Source of the DNA: Thermococcus sp. JdFR-02
Lineage (GTDB): Archaea; Methanobacteriota_B; Thermococci; Thermococcales; Thermococcaceae
DNA length: 64,000 nucleotides
Assembly (NCBI GenBank): GCA_002009975.1
Contig: MTLP01000002.1
Location: 1-64,000, forward strand
Reading direction: 5' to 3'
Shown: piece by piece, positions 9,262 through 19,484 of the stretch
Position numbering within the stretch: the stretch's first letter is position 1
How the letters are laid out: each line of letters begins with the position of its first letter
Notes under the pieces: generated by a model
The model's database searches: none
The model's input: only the letters and a program-made list of their open reading frames with translations
What the model was told of the DNA's origin: nothing
Position numbers and translations under genes: made by a program

Positions 9262-10926
9262 GTGAAGAGAGTTTCATTGATTCTAAGCTTGCTTTTGATT
9301 CTCTCCCCGTTTCAACTTACCACCGCTGAAGTTCAAAAACCAAATGTTGTTGTGGAGATCAATCCAAACTTAGAGCTTTTTGCCATAGTTTATATTTTAG
9401 CCTTTAACGGAAGTGATGATTTTATAATTGCTCCGCAGGAGTATATTGACGCTGTCCTAACTTACTTCGCTCCATATAAGAATCATGAAGCAGTTTATTT
9501 AATGAGAGAGACTTTTCCAAGAGAGCTGCCGTATTACATAAGGGATTACTCTATAATAGAATGGGCAGCGAAAGTAGTCATTATGCCCTATTTGGGAAAT
9601 GAAAGTGAAGATGATCCTCTTTTAAGTGGACTTTTAAAAGCATTGGTGAGCTTTGCAAAGGAGAGCAACTTCATGAGGTTTTACAATTCCCATGTGAGAG
9701 AATATAAAAATGCAATAAGACCAGCAAAAGAAGCCTTAAAACCAAAGTTTCTTGAAAAGTTTGACAATCTGTTTGGACATCAGTATGATGAATACCACAT
9801 CTCATTGTCTTATAGTATTTGGATTCATCCTGGCTTTGCACGTAAAGAAAGGGAAGTTTACTATGTTGGGAGTGTAATAGACTTAGAAGATAGCGGATTT
9901 TCCTATACTTGGATAGCTGTTCATGAGTTTTCTCATGGTTATATAAATTCAATGGTTAAAAAATATGCCCACGAATTTTCAAAGGTCGATTATTACTTCA
10001 GATATGTCAAAACTAGCCTTGCATTTGCCCAATATGACAGACATTTTGATGCAAATGAGGGATATATTAGTGAAAGTCTTGTTGAAGCCACAGCACACTA
10101 TGTCATTAAAAATGAATATCCCGAAAATTCAAAATGGGGAATTTTAAAAGATCATGCACTGGGATTTTATCTTGTTGAAGACTTGATGAGAGAACTTGAG
10201 AATTTTGAGGAAACTAGGAAAAGCAATGAAACCTTTGAAGAGTATATCCCAACCTTAATCGAGCACATGCAGAGATGGGCTACTCCAGAAAATGTGAGCA
10301 AATATTTCTGGGAGAAAACACCAATTACAAGCTTCCTAGCTCTTGATAAAAGCTATACAATGGGCAAGCTGATACTTGTTTACAGCACAAACAATCCAGA
10401 TGAAAGCGGAAATGAATACGATAAAGAAACAGCTCTTGAATTAAAGGAAAGATTGAAAAAGCTCACATTCTGGGGTTTTTATTCAACAAAGCCAGTAATA
10501 GTTGCTAAAAGTGATAAAGAACTAACAGATGAAGATTTAAAGCAAAATCTCATCATCATTGGCGGACCAGGAGCAAATGAAATAGCGAGAAAATTGAACA
10601 ATAAACTGCCGATAAAATTTGTTTTCAATGGAACTTGGAAGTTGGAGCGTAATATCAGCAATGTTAAAAACTTCAGGGCATTTCTTATTAAAAGTGCCAT
10701 CTCCAGAGAGGAAATTTCCCCCAATTTAAAAATCCCGCAGAATTATCCACTTGGTATTCTTCAAGTCATAAGAAATCCATGGAATAAAAAGAACTTCATA
10801 ATTGTGATAGCAGGGGTTGATAGATACAGCACAAGGAGGATAACAAGAAAACTTGTATGGAAGCCAATAAGCTATTTAATCGAGAGTGGAAATTACGTAA
10901 AGTCGGGATTCTACATACAACGATGA
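9262..10926 (+). CDS. Secreted DUF4932-like protein with HEXXH motif and S-layer-like C-terminal domain
   Basis: Signal peptide; VEINPNLEL N-terminus; AVHEFSH; NLIIIGGPGANEIA; IRNPWN...IAGVDRYST. Confidence 0.7.
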   Translation: MKRVSLILSLLLILSPFQLTTAEVQKPNVVVEINPNLELFAIVYILAFNGSDDFIIAPQEYIDAVLTYFAPYKNHEAVYLMRETFPRELPYYIRDYSIIEWAAKVVIMPYLGNESEDDPLLSGLLKALVSFAKESNFMRFYNSHVREYKNAIRPAKEALKPKFLEKFDNLFGHQYDEYHISLSYSIWIHPGFARKEREVYYVGSVIDLEDSGFSYTWIAVHEFSHGYINSMVKKYAHEFSKVDYYFRYVKTSLAFAQYDRHFDANEGYISESLVEATAHYVIKNEYPENSKWGILKDHALGFYLVEDLMRELENFEETRKSNETFEEYIPTLIEHMQRWATPENVSKYFWEKTPITSFLALDKSYTMGKLILVYSTNNPDESGNEYDKETALELKERLKKLTFWGFYSTKPVIVAKSDKELTDEDLKQNLIIIGGPGANEIARKLNNKLPIKFVFNGTWKLERNISNVKNFRAFLIKSAISREEISPNLKIPQNYPLGILQVIRNPWNKKNFIIVIAGVDRYSTRRITRKLVWKPISYLIESGNYVKSGFYIQR

Positions 10927-11060
10927 TCATCATAATTAGTGAGGCATTGTTGAAAAGTGGAGACTTTAAAATTAAACATCTTCGTGTCAATACCGCAACC
11001 GCAATCATTTTAAAGATGCCACCAACATAACTATGGATAACTCTTTTGGGTGAAAGAAAA

Positions 11061-12080
11061 ATGCCAAGTGTAATAGTCGTAGGTGGACAATGGGGAGATG
11101 AAGGAAAGGGCTCAATCATAGCTTATTTGGCTCAGCACGATGAACCAGAGGTTATTGCAAGAGGAGGAGTAGGAACAAATGCAGGACACAGCGTTTATAT
11201 ACATGGCGTTAAATATGCAGTAAGGCAACTCCCAACAGGATTTATGCAAAGAAAGGCAAGACTTTTGGTTGGTGCTGGCGTCTTAGTTGATCCAGAAGTT
11301 TTCTTCCATGAGCTTGAACACTTAAAACCCTTCGATGTTGAGAAGAGGGTTGGTATTGACTATCGCTGTACAATTATCGAACTAGCACATAGGGAGTTGG
11401 ATAGAACGAATTCACATCTGCATGGAAAGATAGGAACAACCGGAAGTGGATGTGGTCCAGCAAATGCAGATAGAGTTATGCGTAAGGCAAGGCAAGTCAA
11501 GGACATAAAGGAATTAGAGCCTTATTTAACCGATGTTGCTCAAGAGGTTAATGATGCTTTAGATGAGGGTAAGCTGGTTTTGATTGAAGGAACACAAGGT
11601 TTCGGGCTTAGCTTATACTTCGGTTCGTATCCGTACGTCACATCGAAAGATACGAGCGCTTCTGCAATAGCAAGTGATGTTGGAGTAGGTCCAACAAGAA
11701 TAGACGATGTTATAGTTGTCTTCAAGAGCTTCCCAACGAGAGTTGGTGCAGGACCTTTCCCAACGGAGATGCCCGAGGAAGAAGCGGATAGATTGGGCTT
11801 GGTTGAGTATGGAACAGTGACTGGAAGAAGGAGGAGGGTTGGATGGTTTGACTTTGACTTTGCTCGTTACTCCGCAAGGATTAACGGAGCAACTATGCTT
11901 GCCATTACAATGCTTGACAAATATGACAAAGAAGCTTTGGGAGTCACTGATTACGATAAACTTCCAAAGAGAGCTAAAGAATTCATTGAAGAAATAGAAG
12001 ACAAAGTTGGTGTCCCCGTTGCCTTAATAAGGACTGGTCCAGAGCTTGAGCACATTATCGATTTAAGGGAGAATATCTAA
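11061..12080 (+). CDS. purA: Adenylosuccinate synthetase (short archaeal type)
   Basis: [43 protein letters not shown]. Confidence 0.98.
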   Translation: MPSVIVVGGQWGDEGKGSIIAYLAQHDEPEVIARGGVGTNAGHSVYIHGVKYAVRQLPTGFMQRKARLLVGAGVLVDPEVFFHELEHLKPFDVEKRVGIDYRCTIIELAHRELDRTNSHLHGKIGTTGSGCGPANADRVMRKARQVKDIKELEPYLTDVAQEVNDALDEGKLVLIEGTQGFGLSLYFGSYPYVTSKDTSASAIASDVGVGPTRIDDVIVVFKSFPTRVGAGPFPTEMPEEEADRLGLVEYGTVTGRRRRVGWFDFDFARYSARINGATMLAITMLDKYDKEALGVTDYDKLPKRAKEFIEEIEDKVGVPVALIRTGPELEHIIDLRENI

Positions 12081-12121
12081 ACCTTTATTTACTTCTTTTG
12101 TGTATCTCTTTTGGTGATACA

Positions 12122-14551
12122 ATGCGTAAGGTTAGCATACTTTTAGCTGTGTTGCTGTTCTTCTCATTAGTTCCATATTCAAGCTCTCAAGAAAGCTTTG
12201 AAGTTTCAGAAATCGGTTTTAGACTTGTAAGCTGGAATCTCGATGGACAAAACATCATAGATGCTGGCGAAAGGGGAGCTATGGGGAAAAGCTATCCTCT
12301 CTGGGATTGGCTTTTGAACGAACCTTGGCCCGGTTCCCTAGCAACTAACAAGTACAAAATCCAAAGAGAGGGGAACAGAGTAACAGGGACAACAAAAGTT
12401 GGAGACGTTCTTGTTGAAAAAATCTTTGAAGTTCTCAACAAAAATAAGGCAAAGTTAACTGTAAAACTTACAAATGAGGGGGAAGATGTATTCAGAAGTG
12501 AAGTCAATTGGGATGGCTTTTCTTTAGGATATACCATGGCTTGGGCTGGCTATTTGGGAAAGCCCGGAGGGGAAAAGCAAATTTGGATTGATGAAACTTT
12601 GCACATTGAAAACAAGAATTGGGTCAGAATTGGAACAAAAGTTAAAGCTTTTGGCTTAATTGACTTCGATGAGGACTTAATAGCCTTGATCTTTCCAAAA
12701 GAAGAGAATACAGCTTTATGGCTTGAGAGTTCTGGATGGGGATTAGAAACGAGAGCAGAGTTTGAGACTTTAGAATTAAGACCAAAAGAGAGCAAAACTT
12801 TTGAATTTGAAATTTTCATTGGAGAAATCGAAGACTTAAAGCTAAGCTACCCAGAGATTTACAAATCTTTGAAGCCACAAATTACAAAGGAAAATTACAA
12901 AATAAGCTTTGAAACTCCAGATTTTCCAAGTGAAGGAGAGCAAATCCAAGTCAAAGTTAAGCTTACACCAAAAGAACCCGTTGAAGGCTCTGGAACTTTA
13001 AAGGTTCAGCTGAGCTGTGGTGAGAGTAAAGAGATCAAAGTTCCATTGAATCAAGAGAGTGAAATAGCTTTGAGGGGGAAAGCCCAAAAAGGATGTCAAG
13101 TCTCTGCAAGCTTAGAAATTAACGGCAAGATAATTTCAAGCGCAAAGAAAATGTTAAGTGTTTTTACGAAGGGTGAAAAACCTCTTTATGTAGTTTTTAT
13201 TTGGCATCACCATCAAAGCCCCGGTGTATTTCCAAATGGAACTTTACATGGACCTTGGGCTTTAGTTCACACCTATGAAGACGAGCTTAAACCATATTAT
13301 CCCGGAGGAGCTTACTATGTTCACGCATACCTCTTAGAAAAATATCCCCAGATTAAAATGACCTATCACCTATCGCCTTCTCTGCTTTGGCAGTGGAATT
13401 TAACGAATTCTCAATGGTGTCAAAGCTATCCAAAATATCAGTGTTTTGATAGGAATAGTAAGGAGGCAAAAAAGGTTCAAGAGGCAATGAAGCTCTACAA
13501 AGATCTGTATTCCAAAGGGCAGATTGAAATACTCTCAAGCTACTTTGCTCATCCAATAAGCGGATACATAGCAGAAAAATACAATTGGCTTGACCTCCTC
13601 GATTATGAGCTTTCTCTAGGAATAAACACAACAAAGGAAGTCTTGGGAGTTCAGGCTAAGGGGCTTTGGCTCCCAGAGATGGCGTTTAGTCCAAAGCTAA
13701 TTCCACTTTTGGAAAAGCATAACGTTAAATACTTTGCTTTAGATGATCAGTGCCATTTAAAGGTAATGTATCCTTACAGCCCTTACCATCTCTACAAAAT
13801 TGGAAACTCAAGCATGCTAGTTCTTTTCAGAGATCACAGACTAAGCGACGATTTTGCGTTCAACAATAACTTCAGAAGTGAAGAAAGGGCAAAAGCTAAG
13901 GCAAAAGAAATCGTTGAGAAGATTTTAAGCGTTAGGGAAAAAGATCCAAATGCAGAGGTAGTGACAATAGCGGCAGATGGCGAAAATTGGATGATCTTCT
14001 CAAACAATCCTCCTCTAACAGGGGTTTACTTTGAAGCATTGCTCCAATATCTAAGCAAGGCTCAAGAGAAGGGCTTAATAAAAACTGTAACGTTTGAAGA
14101 GATCACTAAGGAATTGAAGCCCTACAAAGAAATAACGCCCTTACAAACTTCCTGGCTCTGCTCTTGGGATAAGTGGACAAGAGAGAGGAAAGCAAAGCAA
14201 GAACCAATGTGGAAAAAGGACGAAGAAGTCTACGCCCTAATTCAGAAGTATAAACAAAAATGTGGAGAGGATAAAGTCTATTACAAAGCTCTCTACGGCT
14301 TTGCACAAGCCATGGATAGCGACTTTTATTGGGCTGAATTCATCTTTGATAAACACGTCTATGCTTGGCTTGATTGGACAGAGAACCTTGTAAAAGAAAA
14401 TCTTGAGAAATGTGAGATAGAGCAAACGATTAAAGTTAGTGAAACTAGAACCGAAACACCAACAACTCAAAAAGAAAAAGCCATTTGTGGTCCGGGAGCA
14501 ATTATTGGAGTTGCTTTACTGTCTTTATTGATATTAAGGAGAAGACGTTAA
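12122..14551 (+). CDS. Surface-anchored glycoside hydrolase family 57 protein with CGP-CTERM
   Basis: Signal peptide; WHHHQSP, FAHPI, WLPEMA (nucleophile), FRD..LSD, AADGENW (acid/base); C-terminal ICGPG, TM helix, RRRR. Confidence 0.88.
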   Translation: MRKVSILLAVLLFFSLVPYSSSQESFEVSEIGFRLVSWNLDGQNIIDAGERGAMGKSYPLWDWLLNEPWPGSLATNKYKIQREGNRVTGTTKVGDVLVEKIFEVLNKNKAKLTVKLTNEGEDVFRSEVNWDGFSLGYTMAWAGYLGKPGGEKQIWIDETLHIENKNWVRIGTKVKAFGLIDFDEDLIALIFPKEENTALWLESSGWGLETRAEFETLELRPKESKTFEFEIFIGEIEDLKLSYPEIYKSLKPQITKENYKISFETPDFPSEGEQIQVKVKLTPKEPVEGSGTLKVQLSCGESKEIKVPLNQESEIALRGKAQKGCQVSASLEINGKIISSAKKMLSVFTKGEKPLYVVFIWHHHQSPGVFPNGTLHGPWALVHTYEDELKPYYPGGAYYVHAYLLEKYPQIKMTYHLSPSLLWQWNLTNSQWCQSYPKYQCFDRNSKEAKKVQEAMKLYKDLYSKGQIEILSSYFAHPISGYIAEKYNWLDLLDYELSLGINTTKEVLGVQAKGLWLPEMAFSPKLIPLLEKHNVKYFALDDQCHLKVMYPYSPYHLYKIGNSSMLVLFRDHRLSDDFAFNNNFRSEERAKAKAKEIVEKILSVREKDPNAEVVTIAADGENWMIFSNNPPLTGVYFEALLQYLSKAQEKGLIKTVTFEEITKELKPYKEITPLQTSWLCSWDKWTRERKAKQEPMWKKDEEVYALIQKYKQKCGEDKVYYKALYGFAQAMDSDFYWAEFIFDKHVYAWLDWTENLVKENLEKCEIEQTIKVSETRTETPTTQKEKAICGPGAIIGVALLSLLILRRRR

Positions 14552-14757
14552 TCTTCTTCATTATTCCTTTTCAGGCTTGCAGTGCAATTTAAAACTAAAG
14601 ATTTATCAGATTTTAGCCTATTCCATGTAGAGTTAGAGTATTAAGTCCCTAAACTCATCCTTCACTCTTTTTATTTTGCAAAAACATAATAATCCGCTCA
14701 AAAATTATAAAAGAAACAAATAAAAACTAAGCCGGCAATATATATTGGGGATATATA

Positions 14758-16155
14758 GTGAAAGATAGTGAAATAGACGAAGCCTTAGAAATTATTGCCG
14801 CAATAGAGGATGATTATGATAAGGTTGTCACGTTAAGCACGATTTTATCAATGATAAACGATCCCAACAACCCAAGCTATTCAAAAATTCTCTTCAAAGC
14901 TTTGGAAATAATTGAAAACATCACAAACAAGTACAATAAAGTTAGTGCCATTCTTACCCTTGCCAAAGCCGTGAAATCGGCTGATTCAAAATTGTATAAG
15001 AACTTAATAGAAATGAGTCAGCTTGAAGCAAGGGATATTATGAATAAAAAGGCAAGAGCTAGAGCATTTATTGAGATAGCCCTAGAAACAGCTTTTGATG
15101 ACATATTCTTAACTACTTATGAGAAGGCTATAGATGCCATAGCAGAGATAAGCATACTTGAGGACAGGGAAGAAACTCTGCTGTTCTTTATAGAAGGGCT
15201 TACTGAAAGAGGGAAGAAAAAAGAAGCTGTGGTACTCTTAGATGGATTTGTTGATCCTTATTATCATGTCCTCGCTTTGTCGTCCATAATGGGAACTCTC
15301 GCCAAAGAAAATGATCCCGCATATATAGATTTCATGAAAAAAGCCTTGATGAATATAGCAAACATAAAATCCGAATATATGAGAGACTGGGCTCTTAGTG
15401 ATATATGCTCCAATTTAGCTGAGGCTGGGAAGATTAATGAAGCACTGGCTATTTCAAAGAACATAAAATCAGAGAATGCAAAGATTTCAGCAATGGTTAA
15501 GATTATCCTTGAGCTTGTGGAGATGGGAGAGATAAAGAAAGCAAACAGAATGGCTGCCCTTATTTCAAACGATGTCTATAAGTCTAAAATAAAAGCTAAG
15601 ATGGCAATAAAACTTGTTAGGCTTGACAAATTCGATGAGGCAATAGATTTAGCACTCTCAATCAAAAAGCCAGAGTATAGAGATTTAGTTTTTAGGGATA
15701 TTGCCTCAGAACTTGCTCAAAACAGACATTTTGAGAAGGCATTGGAAGTAATAGATAACATAAACGATCTGTACCAAAAGGTTATGGCTCTCATAAAGAT
15801 AGCCATGGAATTCCTTGAAATTGGTGATTCAAGATACTATAAGGTGCTTGACAAAGCAGTGGAGATTGCAAATGAAATTGAGAATCCCCAGAAAAAGTCT
15901 TCAGCTTTGTCGATAATAAGCACTTTAATGGCTAGTGTAAGTTTAAGGAACAACATTAGAAACATCATAACGATGAAAATAAGGGATGCAGAGGTGTATA
16001 TAAACAAAAGACAATACGATAAAGCCTTAAGGGAATATATTGAAGCCAAGGAACTTGCAAAAAATGCCAACATGAGAATATTTGAGCTTGAATTGGAGAA
16101 GCGCATAGAGGCGCTAAAGAAGCAGCTCTCTCAAAGCACTTCAGAATCCGATTAA
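14758..16155 (+). CDS. Alpha-helical (TPR-like) repeat protein
   Basis: Recurring units such as EALEIIAAIEDDYDKVVTL / KALEIIENITNKYNKVSAI / KALEVIDNINDLYQKVMAL. Confidence 0.8.
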   Translation: MKDSEIDEALEIIAAIEDDYDKVVTLSTILSMINDPNNPSYSKILFKALEIIENITNKYNKVSAILTLAKAVKSADSKLYKNLIEMSQLEARDIMNKKARARAFIEIALETAFDDIFLTTYEKAIDAIAEISILEDREETLLFFIEGLTERGKKKEAVVLLDGFVDPYYHVLALSSIMGTLAKENDPAYIDFMKKALMNIANIKSEYMRDWALSDICSNLAEAGKINEALAISKNIKSENAKISAMVKIILELVEMGEIKKANRMAALISNDVYKSKIKAKMAIKLVRLDKFDEAIDLALSIKKPEYRDLVFRDIASELAQNRHFEKALEVIDNINDLYQKVMALIKIAMEFLEIGDSRYYKVLDKAVEIANEIENPQKKSSALSIISTLMASVSLRNNIRNIITMKIRDAEVYINKRQYDKALREYIEAKELAKNANMRIFELELEKRIEALKKQLSQSTSESD

Positions 16156-16172
16156 ATGTTACTGTTTTATTT

Positions 16173-16946
16173 TTAGACCTCCGTTTTTGTTTTCAATTTC
16201 CAGCCATCGATGTTTAAACCACCCATTTTGTCAAAAACATATAGTATCAGCTCTTCCAAGCTTTCAAGCTCTTCGTCCTCAATAGCTTCTAAAAACAGTG
16301 AAACAAATTTTTCATCAGGAAATTCCTCAAATAGATAGGCTCTTCTAAAATTTTCATCTATGAAAAGGCGATAGACTTTACTTGCTGGAGGAACTTCAAC
16401 GCAGAGAAACTTTGAATAAACTTCAAGGGCTTTATTGAGCGTTAAATAGTAGAGATAACCAAAACTTGGGTCTTCTCTTTCTTTCGCGTCTTTTAAACCA
16501 TCCAAACCGTCCCAAAGGAAGTATTTAACTGTTTCAACCCAAACATCATCGGGCTTTTTAAAGGGCTTTTTCATGTATTCTAACGCTTCTTTCTTAAGCT
16601 CCTCAATTATTCCCGTCTTGTCAAAGAGAACTTTGCCAATTGTGATAATCCTTGCAGCACTCCTCTTGTTCTGCTTAAAGTCTTTTTCAAAATAGTGTCT
16701 AATCTGTCTGGGTGGGTTTGCAAAGTATTCAATTAAAACGCCATTGATTATCCTGTTCCCTCTCTCACGCCAATCAACATCATTTGAAAGCACGATGTAG
16801 ACATCAACGTCAGAATACTTAGTTTCCATACCTATTGCATAACTCCCTGTAAGCAGGGCAGCTTCAACAAAGTCCTTTTCCTTCCATTCCTCAAGGAACT
16901 TTTCTAAAGCGAGTTGCCAATTCATTTTATCTGTTGAATAAATCAT
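16173..16946 (-). CDS. Nucleotidyltransferase domain protein (pol beta superfamily)
   Basis: TGSYAIG...YSDVDV motif plus helical C-terminal domain; start may be the Met at 16925. Confidence 0.85.
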   Translation of the reverse strand: MIYSTDKMNWQLALEKFLEEWKEKDFVEAALLTGSYAIGMETKYSDVDVYIVLSNDVDWRERGNRIINGVLIEYFANPPRQIRHYFEKDFKQNKRSAARIITIGKVLFDKTGIIEELKKEALEYMKKPFKKPDDVWVETVKYFLWDGLDGLKDAKEREDPSFGYLYYLTLNKALEVYSKFLCVEVPPASKVYRLFIDENFRRAYLFEEFPDEKFVSLFLEAIEDEELESLEELILYVFDKMGGLNIDGWKLKTKTEV

Positions 16947-17740
16947 AATCTCAACAGCTCCTTTGCATTTCTGTACAGAATACTTATCTTTTCTTCTTTT
17001 GTTATAGGAAGATTTTCAATAATCTCAATCTGTCTTTTGGCTCCATACTCCTTTGGAGTCTGCTCTAAAACATAATCACTTCCGAAGAGAAATTTGTTGG
17101 CACCTAAAGCCCTAATGTATTTTGCGAAATTTTCAATTCCAATTTTCTCTGTAACGGTTATTAAACTGTAGGATGTGTCAACAAATACATTATCCATTGA
17201 GGCAATTTGCAGAAAATCCTCAAAATGAAACGAACCACCCATATGAGCTAGGATTATGGTTGTTTCTGAAGCTATGAAAGGCAAAAGTGCGTAATCCTCA
17301 ATTGTGTTTATCCAAGGAGTATATAAACCCTTAAAGTATAAAGACGAGAAATCTCCAAGCATTGCATGTATTAAGACTGGAATTTTTAATTTGCCGGCAA
17401 CTTTTAGAACCTTCCATACATGGGGATGCCTAAGACAAAAGCCTTGCATATCTGGATGGAGCTTTAACCCTTTAAGGTTGAGGTCGTTAATGGCACATTC
17501 AAGTTCTTCTATGGCTTTATCAGCAGGATTTGGTACAACAGAAGCAAATCCTATTAATCTTTTGGGTTCAGAGTTGACAAGTTCGGCAATGTAGTCGTTG
17601 GAGATATATGGAGCCACAGGAAGCACGACAGAAATGCTTATGCCTTCGTTATCCATCCACTCTAAGAGTTTTTGAGCTGCATCTATTGGTTTTTGTTTCA
17701 TGTCAAATGCAGGGTGAACGTGGAAATCGATAATTTTCAT
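16943..17740 (-). CDS. Amidohydrolase family (Amidohydro_2) protein
   Basis: IIDFHVH, GLKLHP, IPVLIH, ILAHMGG, VFVDTS, LFGSD. Confidence 0.9.
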   Translation of the reverse strand: MKIIDFHVHPAFDMKQKPIDAAQKLLEWMDNEGISISVVLPVAPYISNDYIAELVNSEPKRLIGFASVVPNPADKAIEELECAINDLNLKGLKLHPDMQGFCLRHPHVWKVLKVAGKLKIPVLIHAMLGDFSSLYFKGLYTPWINTIEDYALLPFIASETTIILAHMGGSFHFEDFLQIASMDNVFVDTSYSLITVTEKIGIENFAKYIRALGANKFLFGSDYVLEQTPKEYGAKRQIEIIENLPITKEEKISILYRNAKELLRL

Positions 17741-18099
17741 AACTTCTCACCATCCTAAATATACTTTCCCTAGTGATTAACTTAAGAGTATCGATGTTAT
17801 ATTTCGGCAACAACAAGGGAATTTTTATTTTTGATCTTATAAAGAGACAAATTTTTCAAAGTCAATCTCGATATTTGTCTTTACTTTTTAATAAAGTTAT
17901 CAAGTCAAACTTACATTCTCTCTATTTTTTCGGTGGAAAAGTTTTATATATTTTAAGTGTAAAACTATTTATGAAAATTTCCTCATGCTTGGGAGACAAA
18001 TGAGGAGGGCATTGTTGAGCCTGTTGTGATATATGCTGTGGAGAGAAAGGCTTTGAATGTGAAGACTGGAGTTCCAGAGGCCTGTGAGGGGAGTAGCAA

Positions 18100-18372
18100 A
18101 TGTATTCAAACATAACCTTTCACTGGAAGCTTTGGATTAAGGAGATATTAAAACGTCTTTCAGGATACTTAGCAGCAACTGTAGTTGTATGGTCAATGAG
18201 TTCTTATAAAACAGCAGTAATGGTGCTTTCAGGGCTGATGATTATGGAACTTGTTATATCGGCATCCGTATTCCTAACCAGAAAGATTTACAAGATAAAA
18301 AAAGCAGAATTGCTGGGATTTGTAATAGGAATTTTAGTTGGAGGAATCATTGTTAGCATTATATTCCGGTAA
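18100..18372 (+). CDS. Small hypothetical membrane protein (3 TM)
   Basis: 90 aa, three hydrophobic segments, GAGGGGAG upstream. Confidence 0.6.
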   Translation: MYSNITFHWKLWIKEILKRLSGYLAATVVVWSMSSYKTAVMVLSGLMIMELVISASVFLTRKIYKIKKAELLGFVIGILVGGIIVSIIFR

Positions 18373-18433
18373 TTTTCGCATTTTTGACTTAAAATATCAT
18401 TTAACTGGATATTGACTCATGAGGTGATAATGG

Positions 18434-18505
18434 ATGAGAAAAGATAGCAAGGTAATGTTAGGTATTTACTTGACTTCTCTTTTAATATTTTCAGTAAATT
18501 TGTAG
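18434..18505 (+). pseudogene. Truncated membrane-protein gene relic
   Basis: Strong SD GAGGTGA at 18421, then MRKDSKVMLGIYLTSLLIFSVNL and a stop. Confidence 0.35.
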
Positions 18506-18560
18506 TTTTATTAAACACATTGTCTGTCATGTCAAAGTAACAATAGTTGGGGGATTCAAA

Positions 18561-18890
18561 ATGAAAAAATCAGATATTCCATTAATTTTTGCTTCCGTTT
18601 TTGGCATTCTTTGGGGGATAGCAGCGTTTCTAACTGGACATGTTAAACACCCATTCTATATACTATACCTTATGCTCTTTCTGATCACACTACCTGCAAT
18701 TTCAAAGAAGAACATGCCCATCAGCACGATTGGAGTCCTCTTAAGCATTCCTTTAGCATATCTGGCATATCAAAACGTCAAAAAACTCCCTGCATCAACA
18801 TTGCTTTTAATAGCATTTGAACTCGGCATAATTGGTATGTACCTTGAAATGATCTGGAAGATAAGATGGAAAAGCTCAACATACAAATGA
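18561..18890 (+). CDS. Small hypothetical membrane protein (4 TM)
   Basis: 109 aa, four hydrophobic segments, SD GGGGA. Confidence 0.65.
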   Translation: MKKSDIPLIFASVFGILWGIAAFLTGHVKHPFYILYLMLFLITLPAISKKNMPISTIGVLLSIPLAYLAYQNVKKLPASTLLLIAFELGIIGMYLEMIWKIRWKSSTYK

Positions 18891-18912
18891 GTAACCCATA
18901 GGAGGGATTTGA

Positions 18913-19314
18913 ATGCCCGCTAACATAACGTTAAGGACTTTAATCCTGAGAATGCTGTTTTTCTTTTTCATTATTACCGTATGTCTTTTTGTAATATTCA
19001 TGGTTGACGGAAGAAGTGTTGCAGAATTTGTAAGCTTCTTGAAACTTTTTACATCATTTTTTGCAGTACTGCTGGGCATGTTTATCATCACTTACATGAT
19101 TCTGGAGAGAAAAACAAGCTTTCGTAATTCAGTAAGGACATTGATTGCAGACATAATAAGTTACACTGCTACTCTTGGGGCAATATACTCTTCACATGGA
19201 CTTGATTCACGAGATGTCGCATTATCTGCTTTATGGATGACAATATTAGGAGTCGTCGTAATATACGAAATCGTCATCAATCACTATCGCCATAAAGCAG
19301 GTAATCAGAATTAG
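18913..19314 (+). CDS. Small hypothetical membrane protein (4 TM)
   Basis: 133 aa, four hydrophobic segments, SD GGAGGGA. Confidence 0.65.
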   Translation: MPANITLRTLILRMLFFFFIITVCLFVIFMVDGRSVAEFVSFLKLFTSFFAVLLGMFIITYMILERKTSFRNSVRTLIADIISYTATLGAIYSSHGLDSRDVALSALWMTILGVVVIYEIVINHYRHKAGNQN

Positions 19315-19484
19315 AAACATTTGCCATAGTGGTGCAGTACCATCTATTGCTTTTAGGCAAATATTTGCTGAATTCACTAGACAAGGATACTTGAAAATCT
19401 TTGCTCTAGCTACGGTGTTCTGGATGCCTCTTTTACTGCTGATGTATTCAACTCAAAAGCAGAAGAGAAGAGTAAAGGAAAAAC

